From: a virus
Lineage: Duplodnaviria > Caudoviricetes
DNA length: 29,253 bases
Virus record (IMG/VR): IMGVR_UViG_3300020043_001244
Location: 1 to 29,253 of that record
Strand: one strand, 5' to 3'
A program made the position numbers and the translations under genes. Position 1 is the first letter of the stretch; every line of letters starts with the position of its first letter. Of the stretch, positions 1-6,131 are shown piece after piece. The notes beneath the pieces were generated by a model. It saw only the letters and a program-made list of their open reading frames with translations, was not told the origin of the DNA and did no database searches.

Positions 1-84
1 TACAAAGAAAAGAAAGACTAATGCCTACCTACGAATACAAATGCCCTAACTGCCCTATGACTATTACTATTACCCGAAGCGTAG
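1..84. repeat. 84-bp perfect inverted copy of 330-413 at the contig end (probable chimera artefact)
   Basis: 1-84 (tacaaagaaa...ccgaagcgtag) is the exact reverse complement of 330-413, and identity stops abruptly at 85. Confidence 0.95.
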
Positions 85-227
85 TCCCCGGCATACTGGC
101 CCGTCTGCGCCTTGCGTTGCGCTCTTCTTGCTTCGTGAACTTGCTTTGCTTGTTCGGCGTGAGTTGGGCATAGCGGTTCGGGTGAGAGTGTCCCGCAGAT
201 ACGGCAGGGCTTGGGGAACCTTCTAAT
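85..227 (-). CDS. 5' part of a probable terminase-associated HNH endonuclease gene, truncated by the inverted duplication
   Basis: A frame absent from the ORF track reads IRRFPKPCRICGTLSPEPLCPTHAEQAKQVHEARRAQRKAQTGQYAGDY (CxxC..CxxH, basic helix, Y). It sits just before terS on a circular map. The start codon is uncertain and the HNH core is not in the window. Confidence 0.55.
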
Positions 228-393
228 CCTTTCCCCAATCTTTACCCTTGAACTGGATAGGTGGAGCGTCGAAGACTCTCAGCATTACTTGAGCGCAGTT
301 AGCGCAACCGGGCTTATGCTCTTCGCTCTCTACGCTTCGGGTAATAGTAATAGTCATAGGGCAGTTAGGGCATTTGTATTCGTAGGTAGGCAT
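223..393 (-). CDS. FmdB-family zinc-ribbon protein
   Basis: MPTYEYKCPNC...CANC...RVFDAPPIQFKGKDW matches the FmdB pattern. Start trimmed to ATG 393 (TAATG coupling). Confidence 0.8.
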   Translation of the reverse strand: MPTYEYKCPNCPMTITITRSVESEEHKPGCANCAQVMLRVFDAPPIQFKGKDWGKD

Positions 394-515
394 TAGTCTT
401 TCTTTTCTTTGTATCTTGTTAGGCAACTAAGACAAAGTTGTAGAGGGTGAACGCCTTCCAATAGTTTCATTTCTAGGACGTGTCCATTCTCACAGACCAA
501 GCTAATCTTTCGCAT
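393..515 (-). CDS. small Cys/His (zinc-ribbon-like) hypothetical protein, 40 aa
   Basis: Manual translation gives MRKISLVCENGHVLEMKLLEGVHPLQLCLSCLTRYKEKKD*. It fills the gap and overlaps the next gene at TAATG. Confidence 0.65.
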   Translation of the reverse strand: MRKISLVCENGHVLEMKLLEGVHPLQLCLSCLTRYKEKKD

Positions 516-520
516 TGGCC

Positions 521-877
521 TCACGCGGATAGCTCTCGCATATAATCTTGTAGCTCACTTAGCCTTCCGGTTCGGTAGCTGATATCGTTTCGCTCTAGCT
601 CTAGGTCGCTCGGTGCTTTGATTATGTGGTCTTTGTTCACGCAGTCTTTGTGTCCGCAGACTCTAACGCCCGGAAGATAGAGCTTTAGGTTTCTATCTAT
701 CGGGTTGAAGTCTTCGTCTACTTCTCCACGCCACGGGCGACAAACCTTTCCGTGGTATTTGATTTCATTAGCCATTCCATTACGGCAGTCTGAGCATTTA
801 CCGTCATAGGTTCCCCGTGCTTTTCTTCTCTCTACTGCTGCTTCGCTTACTTCCATTCCGCAACGTTCGCAATTCAT
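521..877 (-). CDS. Zn-finger plus degenerate His-Cys-box/HNH-like protein (paralogue of 5858-6127)
   Basis: CERC...CSDC, CRPWRG, CGHKDCVNKDHI. Confidence 0.65.
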   Translation of the reverse strand: MNCERCGMEVSEAAVERRKARGTYDGKCSDCRNGMANEIKYHGKVCRPWRGEVDEDFNPIDRNLKLYLPGVRVCGHKDCVNKDHIIKAPSDLELERNDISYRTGRLSELQDYMRELSA

Positions 878-879
878 TT

Positions 880-1050
880 CTAATCCCTTCGTTTGTGTAT
901 TTCTTCCTTTAGTGAGTCAATTATTGCTCGGTAATGGTGTTCGTCGTAATACTCTAATTGCTCTACTTCTTCTAGCCAGTTGATTATTGTTAGGCGTTCT
1001 AATTCTTTGCCGTGATTCAAAGCGCGCAAGTATTCCTTCAATAGCTTCAT
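880..1050 (-). CDS. small hypothetical protein (GxxxER family)
   Basis: MKLLKEYLRALNHGKELERLTIINWLEE. Start trimmed to ATG 1050 (ATGA overlap). Confidence 0.7.
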   Translation of the reverse strand: MKLLKEYLRALNHGKELERLTIINWLEEVEQLEYYDEHHYRAIIDSLKEEIHKRRD

Positions 1051-2213
1051 AGCTTGATTACCGTTCCTGTAAAGTCTTTCCCTTTTTCTAGGGGAATGAT
1101 TAGAAGCCCCGGGTCGGAGTCTTCCCCACTTGTCCGACGAAACCAAGAACTACCCGCGTCTAATGCTGGAGCCATAACTATCCAGCGCGAACGTCCGTTG
1201 CGCCTTCCCGTTTCGGTTATGCGGACGTGATGCCAATGCCCGTGAACAAGAAGGTCTGCTTGAGCGATAGCTTGGTCGCCGTGAGATTGCCCGCGCCACC
1301 AATGCGCAACCTGCTCGGGTCTGCCTCCCGCTTGGTGTCCGTGAACTAGCCCGGCAATAAACGAACCGTCTTCCCAAACGTCAATCGCTAGAGATTCGTC
1401 GTGTGGTTGTGGTTCATAGAAACTTAGTTCTTCCCTTGTGTACCCGACTTCACTAGCTAGGCGCGCAAGGGTTCGCTGAATGTGAATGCCCCAATCGTCG
1501 AGCGGGCTTCCTATAACTTTCTTACCGATTCTCCAAGCACAATGATTCGAACCAACAGACGCAGCTCGAACGGGTGCGTACTTGACTAGGGTCTTTAGCA
1601 TTTGCCATTCGAACGTTGCTTCCAAGTCCACCTGCTCCATTAGAGATAGGTCGTTGGTTCGCATAGGATTTCCGCCCGACTCGAAGCCTTCGATAGAATC
1701 TCCGACGTTAAAGAACAAGATTTTGTCATACTTATTTTTCTTTAGATGTTGTTCGAGAAGCTCAATCTTTTCGTGAACGCGCTCGATTAGCTCCTTAGTT
1801 CCGCCTCGAATGTCGTTCGCTTTTCCGGTCTGCGTATCAGCCCAACAGACGATAAGAGCTTTATCGGTTGTCTTGACCTGTAAAGATTTGCCTTTATTTT
1901 TTACACGTTTCTTTGCTTCGGCGTAAAGAAGTGGAAGGTCAATCCCTGAAGTGCGCTTGCGGAAAGTAAACCGGAACGACGTTAGAAAGTCCCCGCCTTC
2001 TTTCTGTTGCCACTTGCTTACCCGTGGAGTCCCGATAACTTCGAACTCTTCCGGGTTCATTCCTGCGGCTTCTAGAAACTCTTCAAAGCTTGCGGGAGAT
2101 TCGGCGTAAGGCGTTGTAGCTTCTCCGGTGGAGCCGTCAAAGATTACTCCCGGACGACCGAACGGAGTCGGTTCTACTTTCTTCGCTGGTTCTAGGTTAT
2201 CTAGCAAGAGCAT
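1047..2213 (-). CDS. calcineurin-like metallophosphoesterase (Mre11/SbcD-like fold) with N-terminal extension
   Basis: Five metal-binding motifs occur in order: ADTQ, GDSIEG, GSNH, HGH, GHWHH. Confidence 0.85.
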   Translation of the reverse strand: MLLLDNLEPAKKVEPTPFGRPGVIFDGSTGEATTPYAESPASFEEFLEAAGMNPEEFEVIGTPRVSKWQQKEGGDFLTSFRFTFRKRTSGIDLPLLYAEAKKRVKNKGKSLQVKTTDKALIVCWADTQTGKANDIRGGTKELIERVHEKIELLEQHLKKNKYDKILFFNVGDSIEGFESGGNPMRTNDLSLMEQVDLEATFEWQMLKTLVKYAPVRAASVGSNHCAWRIGKKVIGSPLDDWGIHIQRTLARLASEVGYTREELSFYEPQPHDESLAIDVWEDGSFIAGLVHGHQAGGRPEQVAHWWRGQSHGDQAIAQADLLVHGHWHHVRITETGRRNGRSRWIVMAPALDAGSSWFRRTSGEDSDPGLLIIPLEKGKDFTGTVIKL

Positions 2214-2416
2214 TCTTTCTTTCGGTGGCGCAGAATTGGCTGGTCGCTAATTGACAGACCACGGTTAGTTAGTTCCCGGGCTAATGACTTACTAGCCCAA
2301 TCTGGATTTGCTAACGCGGCTATAAGAATTTCTTGGTCTTTCTTTTCTAGCTTGTCGATTAGCGTTCTAACCGCGCAAGTTCTAACCTGCTTCGTAGGTG
2401 TTAGGTCTTCTAGCAT
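2201..2416 (-). CDS. small HTH-like protein with Cys/His metal ligands
   Basis: TCAV...SKSLARELTNRGLSISDQPILRHRKKECSC; overlaps the phosphoesterase start. Confidence 0.65.
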   Translation of the reverse strand: MLEDLTPTKQVRTCAVRTLIDKLEKKDQEILIAALANPDWASKSLARELTNRGLSISDQPILRHRKKECSC

Positions 2417-2594
2417 TTTGTCCCCTTACTAGGTTGAAAGCCAAGTTCCCGAGTTCGGGTTCCAGTCCAGCGTATTCCATTTCCCAAGCTTTAGCCATAA
2501 GCAACGCAAGATTCTTTCGAACGCCTTCGAAGTCTTCAGACCAAACTAGATTCGGGTCATTTAGTAGCTTCAAAGCGTCGTTGAAGTTATCCAC
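2382..2594 (-). CDS. hypothetical protein
   Basis: 70-aa ORF in a tightly packed operon, with a purine-rich RBS upstream. Confidence 0.65.
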   Translation of the reverse strand: MDNFNDALKLLNDPNLVWSEDFEGVRKNLALLMAKAWEMEYAGLEPELGNLAFNLVRGQNARRPNTYEAG

Positions 2595-2700
2595 GTCGTT
2601 TCCTATCTAAAGCCCATAGACGAATGCGGTATCTAAGCCAAAGAATTTCACGGCGGAGATAGAACGGTTTCCTTTTTCCTCGGTGCTTACCCTTCGACAA
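2587..2700 (-). CDS. very basic 37-aa peptide with N-terminal GKHR motif
   Basis: Manual translation gives MSKGKHRGKRKPFYLRREILWLRYRIRLWALDRKRRG*. TTG start with GAAAGGA upstream; fills the gap. Confidence 0.55.
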   Translation of the reverse strand: MSKGKHRGKRKPFYLRREILWLRYRIRLWALDRKRRG

Positions 2701-2878
2701 TTTCGACAATCCTTTCCAATATCTCTACGTCTACGTTTGTGATTACTACTGCGTCTTTGAGAAGGTCGCTAATTATTCGCTCCCGCTCTTCGATTGTGGC
2801 TCGGTGATATCCCCGGGCGAAGGCGAACGTTAGCTTGCGCTCTTTCTTATCTTTCGAGTTCGGTCTGAAGCCACTCAT
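2687..2878 (-). CDS. small hypothetical protein (GxxxER family)
   Basis: FARGYHRATIEERERIISDLL. Confidence 0.7.
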   Translation of the reverse strand: MSGFRPNSKDKKERKLTFAFARGYHRATIEERERIISDLLKDAVVITNVDVEILERIVEIVEG

Positions 2879-2972
2879 TGAAGGCCACCATATCCTTTTC
2901 TAGCTGCTGAATCATTTCCCCGTAGACCTCTAGCTCGATTAGCAGAAGGTCGAGTCTTGTTTCTATGTCCAT
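2847..2972 (-). CDS. acidic coiled-coil peptide, 41 aa
   Basis: Manual translation gives MDIETRLDLLLIELEVYGEMIQQLEKDMVAFNEWLQTELER*, with an AAGGA RBS. Confidence 0.6.
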   Translation of the reverse strand: MDIETRLDLLLIELEVYGEMIQQLEKDMVAFNEWLQTELER

Positions 2973-3166
2973 TTCATTTCCTTTACGTGTAGCTGGGCCA
3001 TTTTGAGTCCAAGGTAGATTCCGTGCGTATCGAACGAACCTAACTTGTACGGGTGTTTCTCGAATCGTTGGATTTCTTCTTCCAGCATTCCGAGAATCCG
3101 GTCGCGCTCTTCGCGCTGGCCGTTCGTGTATCCGGTGCTTTCCTTTTCTGCGAACTTAGCTCTCAT
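2963..3166 (-). CDS. small hypothetical protein (GxxxER family)
   Basis: STGYTNGQREERDRILGMLEE; ATGA coupling. Confidence 0.7.
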   Translation of the reverse strand: MRAKFAEKESTGYTNGQREERDRILGMLEEEIQRFEKHPYKLGSFDTHGIYLGLKMAQLHVKEMKWT

Positions 3167-3450
3167 AAGCCCATTCCTTTTAGTGAGTCGTTCATTTCTT
3201 TCTTGTAGCGTCCGTTTATTTCGTTTACTAGGTCTTGAACGCTAATTGGAATTCCTTCGTGGTCTTCGACGAAGCTAAGAAGATACTCTCTCTCGTTGCG
3301 CTGCCCGGCTTTGAATCCGTCCGTGTAAGCGGTGTTGTTAGTTAGCTTCTCTTCTAGTCCGTCGTAGAATCCGCGGATATAGTTTTCTTGCTTTGCTTGT
3401 TGAATCGTTCCGAAGGTTGTCGTTACTTCGTCGTCATCTTTCCAGCTCAT
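3163..3450 (-). CDS. small hypothetical protein (GxxxER family, two Gly motifs)
   Basis: YIRGFYDGLEE and AYTDGFKAGQRNEREYLLSF; ATGA coupling. Confidence 0.75.
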   Translation of the reverse strand: MSWKDDDEVTTTFGTIQQAKQENYIRGFYDGLEEKLTNNTAYTDGFKAGQRNEREYLLSFVEDHEGIPISVQDLVNEINGRYKKEMNDSLKGMGL

Positions 3451-3638
3451 TCCATTTCCCTTCTTGGTCTGCGGTCAATCTTTGTTAGCTCTTCGATTAG
3501 TAGGTTCAAAGTGTCCGGGTCGATTAGTCGCTTGATTACCAGATACTCCAGTAGGTTTTCAACCGCGGCCTGTTCGTCGCGTCGTCCTTTGAGATAAGCC
3601 GTTGCGGTTTCAGCGGGAAACTTCAGAAGCGTAAACAT
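3447..3638 (-). CDS. small hypothetical protein (GxxxER family)
   Basis: TAYLKGRRDEQAAVENLL. Confidence 0.65.
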   Translation of the reverse strand: MFTLLKFPAETATAYLKGRRDEQAAVENLLEYLVIKRLIDPDTLNLLIEELTKIDRRPRREME

Positions 3639-3846
3639 CAGCGTTCAATCCTTCCACTAGGTCGAGAATCTTTGCTACCGCTTTAGTTGGAACCGGGTTC
3701 GTCGCTTTGATTAGGCGAAGAACTTCGTCCCGCATTAGTAGACGGCCCATAAGGATTCCGTCCTGCTGCGCGGTCTGGTAGCTGAACTGGTTCGGATTGA
3801 AGTCGTCGTTTCCGAATTCGATTGCCGGGTTAGTCTTGCTTGTCAT
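3610..3846 (-). CDS. small hypothetical protein (GxxxG family)
   Basis: AQQDGILMGRLLMRDEVLRLI; AGAAGGG RBS. Confidence 0.7.
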   Translation of the reverse strand: MTSKTNPAIEFGNDDFNPNQFSYQTAQQDGILMGRLLMRDEVLRLIKATNPVPTKAVAKILDLVEGLNADVYASEVSR

Positions 3847-4024
3847 TTGTGTTCCCTTCTAGGAATTGTTTTTGTAGGTGTTGTAGCAGGTGGACTTGTG
3901 CGGTGTATCGGTTTAGGTAATACCTTTCCACGCCTAACGTTTTACTTCTTTCTTCGTATTCTTGTTTTGCGTATTCGTGTCCGACCTTTAGAATCCGGCG
4001 GAGAACAAAATCAACTTCGTTCAT
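3830..4024 (-). CDS. hypothetical protein
   Basis: MNEVDFVLRRILKVGHEYAKQEYEER. Start trimmed to ATG 4024 (ATGA overlap, AAGGA RBS). Confidence 0.65.
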   Translation of the reverse strand: MNEVDFVLRRILKVGHEYAKQEYEERSKTLGVERYYLNRYTAQVHLLQHLQKQFLEGNTNDKQD

Positions 4025-4179
4025 AGATACTTCCTTGCTAGGTAATCGACGAACCAGATAGTCGCTCCAAGAAACCCGAAGACTCCAAGCGTGTATCCAA
4101 GAAGCAAGTCCGTTTCCTGAAGCTTCCAACTACCAACCAAGATAACTGCGAAGAGAATAAAGAATCCAAATAGCTTCAT
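4021..4179 (-). CDS. small two-TM membrane protein
   Basis: MKLFGFFILFAVILVGSW...LLLGYTLGVFGFLGATIWFV. Start trimmed to ATG 4179 (TAATG overlap). Confidence 0.7.
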   Translation of the reverse strand: MKLFGFFILFAVILVGSWKLQETDLLLGYTLGVFGFLGATIWFVDYLARKYL

Positions 4180-4412
4180 TAGACACGCACCTTCGGAGTC
4201 GAGAACTTGGAAGCAAATTCGTCGAACTTGTCGTGCGCTAGTCGCTTGTTTAGTTCTCCGTCTAGTGAGTTGTAATGCTCGTAGAAGTGAGCGTCGCCGT
4301 CTTGAACTTCTACCCGGTAGACGAACTGGTTTGTCTGACCCCGGGTGAATCCGATTACCACCCATTCGTTTTCGTCGCGCTCGAAGTAGTCGAGAAGTGT
4401 TAGGTCTTTCAT
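4179..4412 (-). CDS. hypothetical protein
   Basis: 77-aa ORF, TAATG-coupled on both sides. Confidence 0.75.
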   Translation of the reverse strand: MKDLTLLDYFERDENEWVVIGFTRGQTNQFVYRVEVQDGDAHFYEHYNSLDGELNKRLAHDKFDEFASKFSTPKVRV

Positions 4413-4759
4413 TAGAGTTTTCCCTCGTTTAGTAGTGAGCGAATGGATAAAGCGTTTTCTAGCACTAGCTCTTCGGCGCGCTGGCGTAGCTGAGTGGCCT
4501 GCGAAGCGTGCTGGTCTAGGTAACTGTTTAGCTCTTTGTAGACGCGCATAATGCTCGGACGGATTTCGTAGTCGTAGGCAATACGCTCGGAGAGTTCAAG
4601 AATCAAAAGCGCGCCGGCTTCTGCTAGTTCATTTCTTGAGCCGATAACGCAGGAGCCAACTTCTATGCTCTTGTCCTTTAGTGCGGTGCGTACTGCGTGA
4701 AGAGCGGTCTTCTCGTAATCGGTTGCGTCCCGCTGGCTGGTTGCGATTGTGCTGGTCAT
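4412..4759 (-). CDS. hypothetical protein, first gene of the small-gene (putative early) operon
   Basis: 115-aa ORF with a strong GAAAGGAA RBS, downstream of the regulatory gap. Confidence 0.8.
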   Translation of the reverse strand: MTSTIATSQRDATDYEKTALHAVRTALKDKSIEVGSCVIGSRNELAEAGALLILELSERIAYDYEIRPSIMRVYKELNSYLDQHASQATQLRQRAEELVLENALSIRSLLNEGKL

Positions 4760-4801
4760 TTCGGTTCCTTTCGTTCCCCCGGGCCTTTCCCGGTTATTCC
4801 A

Positions 4802-4807
4802 AGTGTA
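4802..4807 (-). promoter_or_regulatory. putative -10 element (TACACT) of the small-gene operon
   Basis: TAnnnT hexamer, followed by a 5' hairpin (ccggg-aaagg-cccgg, 4779-4793) and the RBS. Confidence 0.55.
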
Positions 4808-4864
4808 TAGGTAAATTGGGGAATTTCGGCAGATTTTGGCAAATTTTAAGGAATTTCTAGGAAT

Positions 4865-4880
4865 GTTACCAAATCGTTAC
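4865..4880. promoter_or_regulatory. GTTAC-N6-GTTAC direct repeat (GlnR/MtrA-type OmpR-family box)
   Basis: gttac-caaatc-gttac in intergenic DNA fits the GTnAC-N6-GTnAC pattern. Confidence 0.55.
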
Positions 4881-4893
4881 AATTCGGGTGCGT

Positions 4894-4909
4894 TCGAACG
4901 CCTGTTCGA
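4894..4909. promoter_or_regulatory. actinobacterial LexA SOS box
   Basis: TCGAAC-gcct-GTTCGA is a perfect match to TCGAAC-N4-GTTCGA and lies in the main intergenic gap. Confidence 0.75.
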
Positions 4910-4929
4910 AGAATTAGAGGCCGTAGAAC

Positions 4930-4947
4930 GCCCGTAGGCGGGTTTTT
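4930..4947 (+). terminator. weak hairpin plus T-tract (possible plus-strand or bidirectional terminator)
   Basis: gcccg-tagg-cggg-ttttt immediately past the rusA stop. Confidence 0.4.
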
Positions 4948-5347
4948 AGGGCTTGGGTAGAGTATTTACCCTTATGACTGCTCCCGGGCCTCTATCGTCC
5001 GCGTAGAGCTTTTGGGCTGTTGCCCGAACTATCCGGGAATCATCTAGGTAGATTACGCCGCTAAGTGAATCAAAGACGGCCCGGAGCAGTTTGTCCACGT
5101 CCGGCATAACGGCGGGGAACTCCCGGGATACGCTCTTAGGCCGGGGGAGATAGAAGATAACGGAAAGCTCTAGCGGTTCGTCTAGAAGCTCCCAACCGTC
5201 GGTGATTAGGTCGAGAGCTGCGAAGGCTACGGCGTTGCGCCAGCGTTTATGTTTGGCTGAATTGACTTGAACAATTCGCCCGTGGATTACGGAGTGCGAA
5301 CCTTGCGAAGCGGGTTCCCCGGATACGTCAATAGTTAGGTCGAACAT
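4946..5347 (-). CDS. rusA: RusA-family Holliday junction resolvase
   Basis: GEPASQGS, FYLPRPKS, PDVDKLLRAVFDSL, DDSRIV. Start trimmed to ATG 5347. Confidence 0.9.
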   Translation of the reverse strand: MFDLTIDVSGEPASQGSHSVIHGRIVQVNSAKHKRWRNAVAFAALDLITDGWELLDEPLELSVIFYLPRPKSVSREFPAVMPDVDKLLRAVFDSLSGVIYLDDSRIVRATAQKLYADDRGPGAVIRVNTLPKP

Positions 5348-5492
5348 ACTGATTCCAAGCTTCAAGGATTCCTGCCCAAAGGTAGAAACAACCGAAGACT
5401 AGCCCCGCTGCGTGTAGGAAGCCGGAAGACTCGGAAGCGAACTCAACGAATAAGATTCCGGACGCGACGGGGACTAGCCAACGGAGAAACAT
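5328..5492 (-). CDS. small two-TM membrane protein, 54 aa
   Basis: Manual translation gives MFLRWLVPVASGILFVEFASESSGFLHAAGLVFGCFYLWAGILEAWNQYVRPNY*, TAATG-coupled to ssb. Confidence 0.65.
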   Translation of the reverse strand: MFLRWLVPVASGILFVEFASESSGFLHAAGLVFGCFYLWAGILEAWNQYVRPNY

Positions 5493-5818
5493 TAGAACGG
5501 CAAAGCTTCTTCGTGGGTCGGTGTCATAGCTGGAGCTTCTGAGCCGTCTAATTTGATTGTTGCGAAGTTTATCGAGAGATTGACTACCGTTTTGTCTTCG
5601 CCTTCTTTGTTCTTGTAGTTTCCGATTGACGCCGAAAGAAGTCCGCGAGCGGATACTTTCTGTCCAACCTGAAGTGAGCTAGTCGGAGTATCTAGCCAAG
5701 CGGTGTATCTTGCGTCGCGCTTTTCTCCGTCTTTGCTCTTGAACGTTTCTAGGATTTGAACGCCTTTGTTCTGGAAGACCAGACCGACGATTTCACCCTT
5801 TACTTCTACTGTTGCCAT
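5492..5818 (-). CDS. ssb: single-stranded DNA-binding protein (OB fold)
   Basis: Beta-rich OB pattern with an acidic C-terminal tail EEALPF, in a replication context. Confidence 0.8.
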   Translation of the reverse strand: MATVEVKGEIVGLVFQNKGVQILETFKSKDGEKRDARYTAWLDTPTSSLQVGQKVSARGLLSASIGNYKNKEGEDKTVVNLSINFATIKLDGSEAPAMTPTHEEALPF

Positions 5819-5857
5819 TTGGTTATTACCTTTCTTTTTTTCTACCCTAACAGTTAG

Positions 5858-6127
5858 TTAGGACTTTTTTATATGCTCTGGATTGACGCAGTCGAAATGA
5901 CCGCAGTTCCGAATCCCGGGAAGAACTGGAAGCCCTTCATAGATTGGCTTAGATAGGGTTTCCGGGTCGAAGTCGCCCTGCCACGGTAGGCACTTAGTAT
6001 TCCCGTATTTGACAATGAGCGACTGCTCCATTCGGCAGTCGGCGCAACGGACGCCCGTCTTGGGTTCGTCCATTTTGACGCGCCAAATATGCCCGCAACG
6101 GTTACATATCGCTTCATTCTCTTCCAC
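5858..6127 (-). CDS. Zn-finger plus degenerate His-Cys-box/HNH-like protein (paralogue of 521-877)
   Basis: CNRC...CADC, CLPWQG, CGHFDCVNPEHI. Confidence 0.65.
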   Translation of the reverse strand: MEENEAICNRCGHIWRVKMDEPKTGVRCADCRMEQSLIVKYGNTKCLPWQGDFDPETLSKPIYEGLPVLPGIRNCGHFDCVNPEHIKKS

Positions 6128-6131
6128 CGCA

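Noticed and set aside
29-238. 69-aa minus ORF and 61-aa plus ORF (211-396)
   Set aside because: The first runs into the duplicated end and another frame gives the HNH-like sequence. The second is antisense to the FmdB-like gene.
1-413. Transposon terminal inverted repeats or protelomerase hairpin end
   Set aside because: No transposase or protelomerase is present, and the repeat copies ordinary coding sequence.
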